Shown here one piece after another: positions 28,204 to 39,400 of a stretch of 64,000 nucleotides of DNA (position 1 is its first letter; every line of letters begins with the position of its first letter). Below the pieces are notes generated by a model, which had not been told where the DNA came from, made no database searches, and saw only the letters and a list, made by a program, of their open reading frames with translations. Both the position numbers and the translations under genes were made by a program. Source of the stretch: a bacterium (lineage in GTDB: Bacteria > SAR324 > XYD2-FULL-50-16); the NCBI GenBank assembly GCA_032250835.1, contig JAVVEA010000008.1, forward strand, positions 1 to 64,000, given 5' to 3'.

Positions 28204-28974
28204 ATGTCGCTGCTGATCAACTTGCTTAACTTTTGGACCACCCTACGGGTGTCCTTGGTCACCGTGCTCGAAGCGCCCTTCCGCCGTATCAGCCGCGAGG
28301 CGATGGACCGCCGGGTCTGTGGCTGGGGGCATGAGGTCTGCCGTCACGCGAAGCTTGATTTAAAGATCGAAGGGCTGGATCAACTCCAGTTGGAACCCGG
28401 CGGGCGGTACATTATTATGTGCAACCACAGTAGTTTTTATGACATCCCGGTTTCGTTGGAGGTCTTTAAAGGCGTGGCCAGCGTCCGTATGGTCGCCAAG
28501 GCCGAATTGTTTAAAATCCCCCTCTGGGGCGCGGCGATGCGCGGAGCCGAGATGATCTCCATCGACCGCCACGACCGACGACAGGCGGCCTTAGATATCG
28601 CCCGCGCAAAAGAAAAATTGGAAGAGGGATTGGTGCTTTGGATGGCACCTGAAGGTACGCGCAGCCGAGATGGGCGCTTGGGCGAGTTTAAGACTGGCGG
28701 GATCAAATTGGCGATGGATATGTCGGCGACTATCATCCCCCTGGGGCTTGAAGGGGTGGCTCAGGTGATGCCGCCTGAAGGAATCGCGGTCTATCGGGGC
28801 CATCAAGTGACCGCTAGGATTGGGACCCCGATCCCCACCGAAGGTTTACCTAAGAGCCAACGCCGTGCCATAACGGCCCAGCTAAGAGAAGAGATCCGCC
28901 AACTGGCCCACTTACCGCCCGATGAGCCCCAACTGGAATCTTCCGATAGCCCAGCGGTAGCCGAAGATGCCTGA
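28204..28974 (+). CDS. plsC: 1-acyl-sn-glycerol-3-phosphate acyltransferase family
   Basis: NHSSFYD and PEGTRS motifs. Confidence 0.85.
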   Translation: MSLLINLLNFWTTLRVSLVTVLEAPFRRISREAMDRRVCGWGHEVCRHAKLDLKIEGLDQLQLEPGGRYIIMCNHSSFYDIPVSLEVFKGVASVRMVAKAELFKIPLWGAAMRGAEMISIDRHDRRQAALDIARAKEKLEEGLVLWMAPEGTRSRDGRLGEFKTGGIKLAMDMSATIIPLGLEGVAQVMPPEGIAVYRGHQVTARIGTPIPTEGLPKSQRRAITAQLREEIRQLAHLPPDEPQLESSDSPAVAEDA

Positions 28975-29785
28975 GCTGCCCGAGGTCGAAACGATCCGGC
29001 GCGAGCTAAACGCCGAACTTCCGGGGCGGCGGATTGAGGAACTTCAGGTCCACCGCACCTCGGTGGTCCACGGCAAGCCGCAAGCTCTAGTGCAGGGGCT
29101 GACCGGGCGCCGTTTCGGTCCCGTCGAACGGTTGGGCAAGTACCTGCTGTTTAGCTTTGATCAGGGCCCCGAACTGATGGCCCATTTGGGTATGAGCGGG
29201 AAGTTTGTTTTGGCCCCCACAGACGCCGAACGCAGAGTCCACGACCGGGTCCGGTTTTTATTGGATCAGGGGCGGCAACTGATTTTTTCAGAACTGCGCT
29301 GCTTTGGGTTTTTAGAATTGCTGGCTGAGGGGCGCAACCACCCCCGGCTCAATAAGCTGGGTCAAGACGCCTACAGCGGGAGCTACGACGTTAAGTCGCT
29401 TAAAGAGGCCTGGGCCGAAAGCACACGGCCCATCAAAACGCTGCTGTTAGAGCAAAGCCCCTTAGCCGGGATCGGCAACATTTACGCCGCCGAAATTCTT
29501 TTTGCCGCCCAAATCCACCCCGAGACGCCCGGACGGCGCTTGGGGCCCAAACGATTGGCCCGACTGATCACCGAAACGAAGGCCATCCTGGAGTTGGCCT
29601 TAAGCCACAACGGCACGAGCATATCCGACTTCCGCCGGGTGGACGACAAAACCGGCGGGTTCCAAAACTTTTTGAAGGTCTACGGAAAAGAAAATCAGCC
29701 TTGCCCAACCTGCGGGGGGGCGGTAAAACGAATCGTAACAGCCCAACGTAGCAGCTTCTTCTGTCCTCGATGCCAACGCAAATGA
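28967..29785 (+). CDS. mutM: Formamidopyrimidine-DNA glycosylase
   Basis: MPELPEVET, HLGMSG, GIGNIYA and C-terminal zinc finger. Confidence 0.95.
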   Translation: MPELPEVETIRRELNAELPGRRIEELQVHRTSVVHGKPQALVQGLTGRRFGPVERLGKYLLFSFDQGPELMAHLGMSGKFVLAPTDAERRVHDRVRFLLDQGRQLIFSELRCFGFLELLAEGRNHPRLNKLGQDAYSGSYDVKSLKEAWAESTRPIKTLLLEQSPLAGIGNIYAAEILFAAQIHPETPGRRLGPKRLARLITETKAILELALSHNGTSISDFRRVDDKTGGFQNFLKVYGKENQPCPTCGGAVKRIVTAQRSSFFCPRCQRK

Positions 29786-30618
29786 CCCGTTTCCTGACCC
29801 TTTTGATTTTTATGAGCTTCAGTCCTGGCCTGTTGTGGGCCTGGAACGGCTTGACGGTAGGCACCGGGCCGGACCCTTCGGCGAGCTATCAGTTCATCCA
29901 GGAATTGGACCGGTTCTATAAACGGCGGGCTCCTGAATTAGACACCGCTTTGGTCCCTACGCCGGTCGGTGATTTTGCCCGTACTTTAAGCGAGTTGCAG
30001 GCCGGTCGGCTGGACCTAGCCGTGCTTCCCTTAGGGATGGCGGCGACCAACGGGAAGACCCGCGTTTTGGCCTACCTTTGGGAGGTGGTTCTGGTTCCCT
30101 TCGCGCCTGAGGCGGGGAGCGACGAGGTCCGGCCCGACGACCCCCTTTGGGGCCTGAGCAATGGGGCGATTCTGCCCAGTTTGCAGTGGCCGAATGTCCA
30201 TCTGGCCGGAACCGGCGAGTTTGAAGAACGGTTTACGGGCGGAGAGCCCGGTATCTTTCTGGCCGAAATCGTGGGGCACCCGCGCATCTTGCGGGACCTT
30301 TTAAAGCAAGAAATATTTCCGCGTGACCTCAGCCCCGCGTTGATGCAGCAGTTAAAAAACAAAAAACCTTGGCTCAGTCTGGTAGACCTGACCTATAAAT
30401 CCCGGCACAAGACCCTGGGCTATCCTATGGTGCTGGTTGCGCGCACAGATTTGGGTTTAGAGCCCTTAGGCAAGTTGTACCGGATTTTGATTGATCTGCC
30501 TTCGGACATCTGGCCGGACCCCTATATCTTAGGGCAGCTGAAGATTTCTAAGACCACCAGTCTGCCGCCTTCGATTTTACACCCCGCCATCCAGTGGCAA
30601 CCGAACGAAACTCCATGA
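29782..30618 (+). CDS. Exported hypothetical protein, possibly a divergent TAXI-like solute-binding protein
   Basis: Signal peptide; VGTG...[16 protein letters not shown] and LHP resemble TAXI solute-binding proteins weakly. Confidence 0.5.
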   Translation: MTRFLTLLIFMSFSPGLLWAWNGLTVGTGPDPSASYQFIQELDRFYKRRAPELDTALVPTPVGDFARTLSELQAGRLDLAVLPLGMAATNGKTRVLAYLWEVVLVPFAPEAGSDEVRPDDPLWGLSNGAILPSLQWPNVHLAGTGEFEERFTGGEPGIFLAEIVGHPRILRDLLKQEIFPRDLSPALMQQLKNKKPWLSLVDLTYKSRHKTLGYPMVLVARTDLGLEPLGKLYRILIDLPSDIWPDPYILGQLKISKTTSLPPSILHPAIQWQPNETP

Positions 30619-32441
30619 TCACCCAAACCCCGAGACCTGAGGAAATCTTAGCCAAGGTCTTCGGTTTTGAATCCTTCCGGGGGTTACAAGGTGAAGTCTG
30701 CCACCATTTGATCGGCGGCGGCGAAGCGCTCGTCTTGATGCCTACCGGCGGCGGTAAGTCCCTTTGTTATCAGTTGCCCGCCTTGGCGCTAGAAGGGGTG
30801 GCTCTGGTGGTTTCTCCGTTGATCGCTTTGATGCGCGATCAAGTTGAAGCGCTCAAAGAGCTGGGCGTTGCTGCCGGTTACCTTAACTCCAGCTTGGAGC
30901 CTAGCGAAGCCCGGCAGGTGGAAGAGGATTTCTTGGCCGGTCGGCTAAAGCTGTTGTATATCGCTCCCGAGCGCCTCTTTACGGACCGATTTTTCCCCTT
31001 GCTGCGTCAGGTACGTCTGAGCCTCTTCGCCATCGATGAGGCCCACTGCGTCTCGAAGTGGGGCCATGACTTTAGGCCCGAATACCTCAAGCTCGAACGC
31101 TTGATGGCCCAGTTCCCCGATGTGCCCAAAATCGCCCTAACCGCCACCGCCGACCCGGCGACCCAGGCGGAAATTCAGGCGCGCTTGGGCTTAGGGGGAG
31201 CCCAGGTTTTTATTTCCAGCTTTGACCGGCCCAATCTCTTTTACCGTATCGAACTCAAACAAAATCCTAAGCGGCGTTTGCTGGACTTTATCCAAGGCGA
31301 ACATGCCGGGCAGTCGGGGATTGTTTACTGCTTAAGCCGCAAAAAGACCGAAGAAACTGCCGAATGGCTGGAGCGCGAGGGCGTCAAAGCGGTGCCTTAC
31401 CACGCCGGGCTGGATCAGAGGGTGCGCAACCACCACCAAGACCGCTTTGGTAAGGAAGAAGGCTTGGTGGTCTGTGCCACGGTGGCTTTCGGGATGGGGA
31501 TCGACAAGCCAGACATCCGGTTTGTGGCCCACTTGGACCTACCGAAAAACCTTGAGGCCTTTTATCAGGAAACGGGCCGGGCCGGGCGTGACGGTTTGCC
31601 GGCGGATTGTTTGCTGCTCTACGGAGTCAATGACTTTGTCACCCAAGAACGATTCTTTGACAACCCCGACGCCGCGCCGGAATTCCGCGCCGCCGAGTTG
31701 AGCCGACGGCAAGCCTTTTGGGGCTTTTTGGAAAGCTCCGCCTGCCGCCGCGAAGGGCTGTTAGGGTATTTTGGAGAAAGCTACCAAGGCCCCTGTGGCC
31801 GCTGTGACCGCTGTTTAGAACCCATCGCCTCCTTGCCCGAGTCCCAGACCTTAGCCCAAAAGGCCCTCTCCAACGTTTTTAGGACCGGCCAGCGTTATGG
31901 CTTGGGTCATTTGAGTCAGGTCCTGGTAGGGGTGCAGAACCCCAAACTGCGCCAAGCAGGGCATGAGCGGATCAGCACTTTCGGGATCGGTAAGGAGCTG
32001 AACGCAGATGGCTGGAAGGCCGTTTACCGGCAGCTACTGGCCCAGGGCTTGGTGGGCGTGGACCCAGAAAAGGGCGGGTTGTTTTTAAAAGGACCGGCCA
32101 AAGAGGTACTCAAAGGCGAACGCCCCGTGTCTTTAAATGCCGCCCGAGAACGCAGCAAAGACCGCCCGGACCGCCCTGAGCGAGCCCCACGCAAAGGCCC
32201 TGCTCCCTTCACTCGAGACGATTCGGGCGAATTGTTTGAGCAGTTGCGCCAGTTACGCGCCGAGATCGCTGGGCAGAAGGATCTACCCCATTACATCATC
32301 TTCAACGACAAAAGCCTTTGGGAAATGGCCGAATACCGACCCCAAAGCCTAGTTGAGTTGGGGCGAATTTATGGAGTCGGCGAGGTGAAATTAGAACATT
32401 ATGGCGACGATTTCTTGGGCGTGATCCGCGCTTTTGCCTAA
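30615..32441 (+). CDS. recQ: ATP-dependent DNA helicase RecQ
   Basis: [37 protein letters not shown] and HRDC domain. Confidence 0.97.
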   Translation: MITQTPRPEEILAKVFGFESFRGLQGEVCHHLIGGGEALVLMPTGGGKSLCYQLPALALEGVALVVSPLIALMRDQVEALKELGVAAGYLNSSLEPSEARQVEEDFLAGRLKLLYIAPERLFTDRFFPLLRQVRLSLFAIDEAHCVSKWGHDFRPEYLKLERLMAQFPDVPKIALTATADPATQAEIQARLGLGGAQVFISSFDRPNLFYRIELKQNPKRRLLDFIQGEHAGQSGIVYCLSRKKTEETAEWLEREGVKAVPYHAGLDQRVRNHHQDRFGKEEGLVVCATVAFGMGIDKPDIRFVAHLDLPKNLEAFYQETGRAGRDGLPADCLLLYGVNDFVTQERFFDNPDAAPEFRAAELSRRQAFWGFLESSACRREGLLGYFGESYQGPCGRCDRCLEPIASLPESQTLAQKALSNVFRTGQRYGLGHLSQVLVGVQNPKLRQAGHERISTFGIGKELNADGWKAVYRQLLAQGLVGVDPEKGGLFLKGPAKEVLKGERPVSLNAARERSKDRPDRPERAPRKGPAPFTRDDSGELFEQLRQLRAEIAGQKDLPHYIIFNDKSLWEMAEYRPQSLVELGRIYGVGEVKLEHYGDDFLGVIRAFA

Positions 32442-32468
32442 GCCCGCAAGGAGCTCAAGTTCGCCGTC

Positions 32469-33215
32469 CTAGGCCCGCAGCGCTAAGTTGAATTCGCGCA
32501 AAAAGCGCCGTTTAGCCCATCCAAGGGCGGGCAGCAAAAAGGCCATACCCACCGCCAAATGCTCCCAGTAATTGACCGCTCCGGCCTGGACCAGCCAGTA
32601 AGCCTTAAATATCCAATAGGGCGCAAAAACCAACCCCACCAGATTCTGAAAACTAAAGGGCAGCATAAAAGCCAACGCAAAGAACAGGCCCGAGGCCTTG
32701 ATCAGGCGAGCCAAAGCCGCCGCTTGGCCCCGTTGCCCCGAAAAGGTCGAGAGCAAGAGCGCCATCAAAGGCGTTAACACCGCCGCCCCCAGGGAGATCA
32801 GGGCCAAGGGCCCCATCGGCAAAGGCACCGGAGAAGCCAACATCAAGGTGCCTAGGACCGTAAAATAGGTCCACAATCCCGGCAGCCAGAGCCGGTAGGC
32901 AAAAAAGCCGGTGCGGCTGATCGGTAAGACTGCCAGCGCCCTAAAGCCGCCTTCTCGCTCTTCTAACAACAACCGCGCCGACCACTGACCGATCCCCAGC
33001 GGGGCGAACCACAAAAATAAATAACCCAAGACCAGCGGCTCAAAGCGCAATAAGTTGAGGTCGTCTTTCAGCAGCAAGACCAAGCGCGGGAGTAGGTACA
33101 AGAAGAGGGCCGCATTGACCCAAGGACCGACCAATAACCAGCCCAGGGTCCAATCCCGTCGGCTGCGTAGTAGATCGCCTTTGATTAGGTGGCCGATTAC
33201 TTTGAAGGGGCTCAC
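32469..33215 (-). CDS. ABC exporter permease
   Basis: Multi-pass hydrophobic protein with LLEEREG motif; probable GTG start at 33215 overlapping the upstream stop. Confidence 0.7.
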   Translation of the reverse strand: MSPFKVIGHLIKGDLLRSRRDWTLGWLLVGPWVNAALFLYLLPRLVLLLKDDLNLLRFEPLVLGYLFLWFAPLGIGQWSARLLLEEREGGFRALAVLPISRTGFFAYRLWLPGLWTYFTVLGTLMLASPVPLPMGPLALISLGAAVLTPLMALLLSTFSGQRGQAAALARLIKASGLFFALAFMLPFSFQNLVGLVFAPYWIFKAYWLVQAGAVNYWEHLAVGMAFLLPALGWAKRRFLREFNLALRA

Positions 33216-33895
33216 AACCGCCCCCAGCAGTTTTGCCGCAGCAGCGCCCGCCGCGCCGCCCAGAAGGCCAAAACCACCCAGGCCAGCGCGCCGCCGATGG
33301 TGACCGGTTGCCAAAGCCCCAACATCCAGCCCAGGGGGCCAAAGCCGGGCAACCAAAGCCAAGGCCCCTCGCCCCAACGCCCCAATAAACCCAGCAGGGG
33401 AAGCTGCAACAGCGCCAAGGTAAAGAGGGCGGGCCCAAAAAATTGGGCCAGTTGGGGGCGGCTGAGCGCTAGGTATTGCCCCAGAAAGGTCAAGAAGGCG
33501 GTGTAGGCCAACAGGCCCGGCAGCAATGCCAACACCCCAGAGCGCGGACCTAAAGAAAGCAAGGCCGCCGGGAGCACAAAGGCTAAATATAGCGCCCCTT
33601 GGCTCAGTCCCTTGGACAGAAGGTATTCGCTAGGCCGCAGGGGCGTTAAACGCAAACTTGCCAGCGCGCCGTCGGCTTGTTCTAACCAAACCAATCCGGC
33701 GGAAATAAAGAAACCCAAGGCACCCAAGATAGAGGCCAACCCGAGCGGCAGAGCTAATGCCCGCTGTTCGAGGGGCAAAAATCCGCGCAGCAGCAAGGCC
33801 ACCAAGACCCCCAATAGGGGAGCCAAGACCAGCAACCGTAACCGCAGCAACAGGCGCAAATCGAGCCGCAGTTGGGTCTTCAGTCGCCGGATCAT
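33212..33895 (-). CDS. ABC exporter permease (Rv2686c/Rv2687c-like)
   Basis: EQADGALASLRLTPLRPSEYLLSK motif; hydrophobic. Confidence 0.75.
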   Translation of the reverse strand: MIRRLKTQLRLDLRLLLRLRLLVLAPLLGVLVALLLRGFLPLEQRALALPLGLASILGALGFFISAGLVWLEQADGALASLRLTPLRPSEYLLSKGLSQGALYLAFVLPAALLSLGPRSGVLALLPGLLAYTAFLTFLGQYLALSRPQLAQFFGPALFTLALLQLPLLGLLGRWGEGPWLWLPGFGPLGWMLGLWQPVTIGGALAWVVLAFWAARRALLRQNCWGRL

Positions 33896-34743
33896 GTCAG
33901 GTCCCTACCGGTTCGTTCTTTAAAGAGTCGCTTTAAATCCCGCTCGTCGCTGTGGATCGATTGGAGGCCGGGATGGGCGAGTAGGTCTAAAAACTGGAGG
34001 TTTTGGTGGAGCCCTTCGAAAGCGAAGCGGGCCTGAAGGCGTTGGCCCGCTTCTAGATAGGTTAGGGTCACTTCGTCTCGATTGGGTCCCAACAGTTCGC
34101 CGAGCGGGCCTAGCGCCTTGAGCTGTCCGGCGCAGATAAAGCCGACGTGGCTGCAAAGCCCTTGGGCCCAATGGGTTTGGTGGGTGGTCATCAACACCGC
34201 CCCGCCGCGCCCTGTGTGTTCGCGTAGCAAGCGGCCCAATAAATCCAACCGGTCGGGGTCTAGGCCAGCGCCGGGCTCGTCGAGCAATAAGAGATCCGGT
34301 TGGTGGACCAAACAGCGGGCCAGGGCCAATTGCTGCGAAAGCCCCCGGGAGAGCTGCCCCGCCGGGCGGTGCCGTTGATCGCTAAGCCCGCACCGGTCCA
34401 GTAATTCCTCAGGGTCCCAGCCGGGTCGGTCGTAAAACCCTTTAAAGTAGGTAAGGTTTTCTAAAACGCTTAAGCGCCCCAGATGGCCGGGCTCCTCGAA
34501 TAAAACCCCCAACCGCTCGAAACGGCTTTGATCGGTATGTTCTAAGGGTTCTCCAAAAAGCCGAACCTCCCCTTCGAAGTGGGGCAGTAGACCCAAGGCC
34601 GTCTTGAGCAGAGTGGATTTGCCTGACCCGCTGGGCCCCAGGAGCCCCAAAATCTCGCCAGGGTGCACCTCAAGCGTCACCCCCGATAGGGCTGCTTCGG
34701 CGTGGCCTGGGTAGCGATAGGTCAGATGGCTCAACGAGATCAT
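33892..34743 (-). CDS. ABC exporter ATP-binding protein
   Basis: GPSGSGKST, LLLLDEP and H-loop TTH. Confidence 0.9.
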   Translation of the reverse strand: MISLSHLTYRYPGHAEAALSGVTLEVHPGEILGLLGPSGSGKSTLLKTALGLLPHFEGEVRLFGEPLEHTDQSRFERLGVLFEEPGHLGRLSVLENLTYFKGFYDRPGWDPEELLDRCGLSDQRHRPAGQLSRGLSQQLALARCLVHQPDLLLLDEPGAGLDPDRLDLLGRLLREHTGRGGAVLMTTHQTHWAQGLCSHVGFICAGQLKALGPLGELLGPNRDEVTLTYLEAGQRLQARFAFEGLHQNLQFLDLLAHPGLQSIHSDERDLKRLFKERTGRDLT

Positions 34744-34804
34744 GGCGACAACTCCAAAAGATTGGGGTCATCTTCGCTGGCCAGGGACGCTTTGACAAGC
34801 TTTG

Positions 34805-35752
34805 CTAATCGTCGTCGTGCTCTCGGCGGTCTTTACGTTTATGTTCCTCTTCATGATCTTTATATTCCCTCGAACCGCCCTTTTGGGGCGCGACTGCTTC
34901 GGGGGTGTAGTTTTGGGTTTTTAAGGCGGCTCCTAGGGCCGAACTGCGCCTGCGGCGGGCGTCATGTTCGTCGCCGGTGCGGTGGCATTCGGCGCAGTTG
35001 CTGAGGTCGCGGATGCCTTCTTCGGCATGTTCGCCCCTCAAGCCCGACAAGCTGTGCTCGTGGCATTCGGTACAGCTGTAGGTCTTATAATCTTCGCCCA
35101 GGTGGCAGGTCTTGCAGTCCGCCGGATGGTGCCGATCAAAACGGAACCATTTGCTGTGCTCAAAGTTAGCGGGCTTGAAGGCCTTGGTGCCGTGGCAGTC
35201 GCCGCAGCTAGACGCACTCTGTTGGTGAAGGCGGTCTTTGGGGGGCTGGTGGCAACTAGCACAAGCTACCTGGTTGGCGATGGCTTCATGGTCCATTCGG
35301 GCCGGTTTGAAGGCCTGGGTGTTGTGGCAGGTGGCACAACTGGTTTTGAGGGGCTCATGCAGCCGGTCTTTGGGCGTGGCGTGGCAGGCCTGACAATCGG
35401 CCAACAAAGGCTTGGGGAGGGCCTTATGACCGAATTTGCTTTTGGTTATTGGGCCATGTTCGCCGTGGCAGGCGAGGCAGTCGCTGGCTTTCATCTGCTG
35501 GTGGAATTTAACCTCTAGCCCTTTGCCGATGCTGACCGCTTGATCTTCTTTAGCGGCAAAATCCTGGGGGCGGTGGCAGCTGACGCAGGCTTCACCCATT
35601 GCGCCCGGCTGGTGACAGTCCAGGCATCCTTGGGTCTTTTCGGCGTGGGCCGGGATCAGGGGGCCCGGCGATAAGAGCACCTCGGGCCAGATCCAAGCCG
35701 CCATGAGAAAAAGAGACAGCAACCAGAAAGACAGCATCAAGGCGCGCTTCAT
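34805..35752 (-). CDS. Membrane-anchored decaheme cytochrome c
   Basis: 10 CxxCH motifs (CLDCH, CVSCH, CLACH, CQACH, CATCH, CASCH, CGDCH, CKTCH, CTECH, CAECH); N-terminal hydrophobic segment; start 35752. Confidence 0.9.
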   Translation of the reverse strand: MKRALMLSFWLLSLFLMAAWIWPEVLLSPGPLIPAHAEKTQGCLDCHQPGAMGEACVSCHRPQDFAAKEDQAVSIGKGLEVKFHQQMKASDCLACHGEHGPITKSKFGHKALPKPLLADCQACHATPKDRLHEPLKTSCATCHNTQAFKPARMDHEAIANQVACASCHQPPKDRLHQQSASSCGDCHGTKAFKPANFEHSKWFRFDRHHPADCKTCHLGEDYKTYSCTECHEHSLSGLRGEHAEEGIRDLSNCAECHRTGDEHDARRRRSSALGAALKTQNYTPEAVAPQKGGSREYKDHEEEHKRKDRREHDDD

Positions 35753-35754
35753 GA

Positions 35755-36321
35755 CTAACTCCAAAACCAAAGGATGCTGATGATATGAACGAGGGACAAC
35801 AGCAAGAAGGTGGCCGTAATGGGCAGGTGGGCCCGCTTCCATTGGCCCAGCGCTTTGAGGGTCAAGGAATCAATGATGAGGGCCTCTTCTTGTTCTTGCT
35901 CCGCCAATCCCCGGGCGGCCAATTCAGCGCGGCGGGCTTTTAGTTGTTCTCTGGAACTTTTGAGCAGATACTTACCGACCAGTCCGCTGCCGGTGGCCAC
36001 CAGCAAGGCCAAAGTCGCCGCCCAAGGGAGCACCGCATTGAAGTGAACCCCCGAATGCACCAAGATCAACAAGGCACCGAGCCAAGCCAGGAATTCGTGG
36101 GAACGCAGCCAAAGAGGCAGAGGGCCCGCTTTAAATAGCTTTCGTTTGCGTAAGGAGTAGGCGAAACTAGAAGCTAAGATCAAGACCCCCAATAGCCCGG
36201 CCCAGCGGCCCAAGTAGAGTAGGCCCAGGCTGTGCAATATGCCGTCGATGGCCAGAGTGGCAAGGACCAACAGGGCGAAATTCAGCACAAAGGGTGTGAC
36301 CTTTTGGGTCAAGATCGTCAT
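35755..36321 (-). CDS. Integral membrane protein with paired transmembrane His (putative cytochrome b-like partner)
   Basis: RSHEF...LVHSG and RAHLP...LVHI His pairs 13 residues apart; GGAGG SD before the ATG at 36321. Confidence 0.7.
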   Translation of the reverse strand: MTILTQKVTPFVLNFALLVLATLAIDGILHSLGLLYLGRWAGLLGVLILASSFAYSLRKRKLFKAGPLPLWLRSHEFLAWLGALLILVHSGVHFNAVLPWAATLALLVATGSGLVGKYLLKSSREQLKARRAELAARGLAEQEQEEALIIDSLTLKALGQWKRAHLPITATFLLLSLVHIISILWFWS

Positions 36322-36344
36322 AAAACCTCCTGGGTGATGCAACC

Positions 36345-36388
36345 AGTCTAGGCCCTTAAGATGAACGCGCCATGAACTCCAGATGAAG
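36345..36388 (-). promoter_or_regulatory. OmpR/PhoB-type activator site (three 11-bp-phased repeats) plus -10 element
   Basis: Minus strand reads CTTCAT-ctgga-GTTCAT-ggcgc-GTTCAT-(10 nt)-TAGACT upstream of the 36321 gene. Confidence 0.65.
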
Positions 36389-36403
36389 GTGCGGTGAGAT
36401 ATA

Positions 36404-39400
36404 TTACAGGCTATCGATTACCGTTTCTAGGTTCTCGGCGGCTTTATCTAAGTCGAAGTTGTCGATATGTTCGATCATTTCCATCACAATATAGGCCGCC
36501 GGATGGTCGCCCAACAACGACAGTGCCTCGTGAGCTACCCGGTCGGCGCTGATCGCCTCCCCACGCTCGATAATCGAACCCAACTGTTTGAGCTTGCGCC
36601 GCGCCGCTTCGACGTCCGCCGGCCCGTAAGATTCGTTGGCCTTACTGGTTCCGTGCTCGGCCAGAAGGCCCTGGATGGAGGTTATTACCTCACCCAGGCG
36701 GGTGGCAACTGCTTCGGCGTAAGCTGGTAGGCGATTGGGGTCTAAACTGGCCGCCCCTTCTTCAAGTTCTTTGGCCGCCTGGGCCAAGGCGTTGGCCGAG
36801 ATGTTTCCCGCCGTTCCCTTGAGCCGGTGGCCTAACTTGGATAATTCGGCAAACTCCCTATTCTCGGCTAGGCTGCGCAGTTGGAGGGCCGTTCCTTGGT
36901 GGTTACGTAGGAAGTTGCTTAAGGCATCCAGGTAAGCCTTTTGGGAATCGCCCCATCGGCTTAAGCCTTGAGCTAAATCTAAACCGATCAAATGTTTGCC
37001 TGCGAGCCCCGCGTTCGCTTCGGTAGCTTCGATTTCGTCCTGGCCCATCTGGGGGTGTCCCAAAAGCCGGTCGATCTCGCGGTAGAGCCGGTCAAAATCC
37101 AGCGGTTTGGGGCATTGGCCGTCCATGCCTGCGTCTCTCACGGCTTGGGCCACTTCCCCTTCGTCTGAAGCGCTGAGCGCTAGAATCGGCACCCGCCCCT
37201 CGGGCCGGATGCCCTCTAATTCGCGAATTTTTAGGGAGGCCTCATAACCGTTGAGCTCGGGCATTTGAAGGTCCATTAAGATCAAGTCGAAGTCTTTAGA
37301 CTTAAAAAGTTCGACTGCCTCAAGCCCGTTTTTGGCTATGGTGATCATCATCTTCTTGGATTTTAGCCGGGTCTGGACTAATAGGCGGTTGGTTGGGTCA
37401 TCTTCGACCACCAATACTTTAGGGGCGCTGGTAAAGTTGCGGCTGCGGACCTTGGTCGCCTCGGGCCTGGAAGCCGCTTGGGTAAGGGGGTGGCGTCGCT
37501 GGTCGGCCTCTAAGAGCCGCTCTTTAAGCTCCTCACGCTTGACGGGTTTAAACAAGAATAAGGGTTCCCCAAGGTCGGCTAAGGCCTTTTGGTGTTGGGG
37601 GGTGATGAAACTGAACAAGAAAATTACTGGGCAATCGCTGTAGCCCGGGATTTGTTTGATTTGATTCGCCAGAGTGATGCCGTCGGTTTCGGGCATTTGC
37701 ACGTCGATCATCAAGAGGTCAAAGGGCTTGTCGCGCCGCGATAAGATCTTACGGGCCGACTCGGCGGAGTCGGCTAAACTAGGAGCCAAGTCCCAGCTAG
37801 ACAGCATGTCTTTAAAGGCCGTTAGGTTGGCCGCATTGTCGTCGATCACCAGCACTTGGCGTAGGTGCAGGTCTTGGATGTGATTACCCCGTTCCTCATG
37901 TTCGCTTTGAGGTAAGTTGAGGGTGATGTTGAAGAAAAAGGTGGTCCCCTCGGTTTCAACGCTTTCCACCCACAACTTTCCACCCATCAACTCCACCAAT
38001 TGCTTGGCGATGGTGGTGCCCAGGCCTGTGCCGCCGTATTTTCGGGTGGTGCTGCCGTCGGTTTGGGTAAAGGAGTCAAAGACGCGGGCCAAGCGGTCTT
38101 TGGGGATGCCAATCCCGGTGTCCTTGACGGCAAAGGCCAAGGTTAGGTTTTTTTCGCTGCGTTCCTTTTCGGTTACGCTGATGATCACTTCCCCTTCGTG
38201 GGTGAATTTGATGGCGTTGCCGATTAGGTTGACTAGGATTTGGCGGATTCGGGTCGGGTCGCCGTTAACGAACGCGGGGACCTGCGGGGCGATGTGTAAG
38301 ATGAAATCAAGACCCTTCTTCTGCGCATCCAAAGATAGGGTCTCCATGGTGTCTTCCATCAACTGCTCGATATTAAAATCGATCTGCTCTAGGTCCATAT
38401 GCGCCCCTTCCATCTTCGAAAGGTCCAGAATGTCGTTGAGCAGCTTCAACAAGGCTTTGGCCCCGCCGTTGGCCGCTTGGATATAGCGGCGCTGGTTGGG
38501 GGTTAGGTCGGTTTCTAAGGCCAACTCGGTCATGCCCAAAATACCGTTCATGGGGGTGCGGATTTCGTGGCTGATGTTGGCTAAGAAAGCGGATTTTAGT
38601 TTGTTGGCTACCTGCGCTTCTTCTTTGGCGCTGATCAAGTTGGTCTCTAAAGCCTTTTGGTCACGGATGTCGCGTAGCAGTCCGGTAAAGATCATTTCCC
38701 CGGCGAAGCGGGTTTCACTGACCGAGAGGAACACGGGCCGCAGGCTGCCATCTTTGTGTTTCATGTTTAATTCGCGTCCCTTGCCGATCACCTTCTGCTT
38801 GCCGGTGCGCAAGTAGGCTTCAAGGTAGTCATCATGAAACTTCGCATCAGGCATAGGCATTAAGATCGATACATTGCGGCCCAGAGCTTCTGATTCTCTA
38901 TAGCCCGTCAGGTTCTCGGCGGCTTTGTTGAAGGATTCGATGATGCCCTTCTGGTCGATGGTGATGATCCCGTCTACGGCGGTATCCACAATGGCGCGGA
39001 ACCTTCCGTAAGACTCCACTAGGCTGTTTTTCATCTGGTTAAAGGTTTGGGTCAGGTCGCCCAATTCGTCATTGCTTTCAACGGGGATGTCATCACCTAG
39101 GTTACCCGCTGCAAAGGCTTCGGAGGCACGGGCCAATTTGCGCACCGGGCGAGTGATCGCCGCTGATTTTCGCATCGAAAAGACCACCGCACTGACCAAC
39201 ATCACCACAATCAAAACCAGCGTCAACACCATCGAAAGGTTTGAAACCCAGGTGGCGTTGGCCGCGTCGGCCTCGATTTCGGCCCCCAAAAGGCCGTCTA
39301 AAATGCGGATCTGAGCGGTCAGCTGGGCTTCTAAGGGGCGCAACTGTTCGGTTTGCAGATGCATGGTCTGGTTCCAAGTGGGCTGGCCCCGCTCGTCCAT

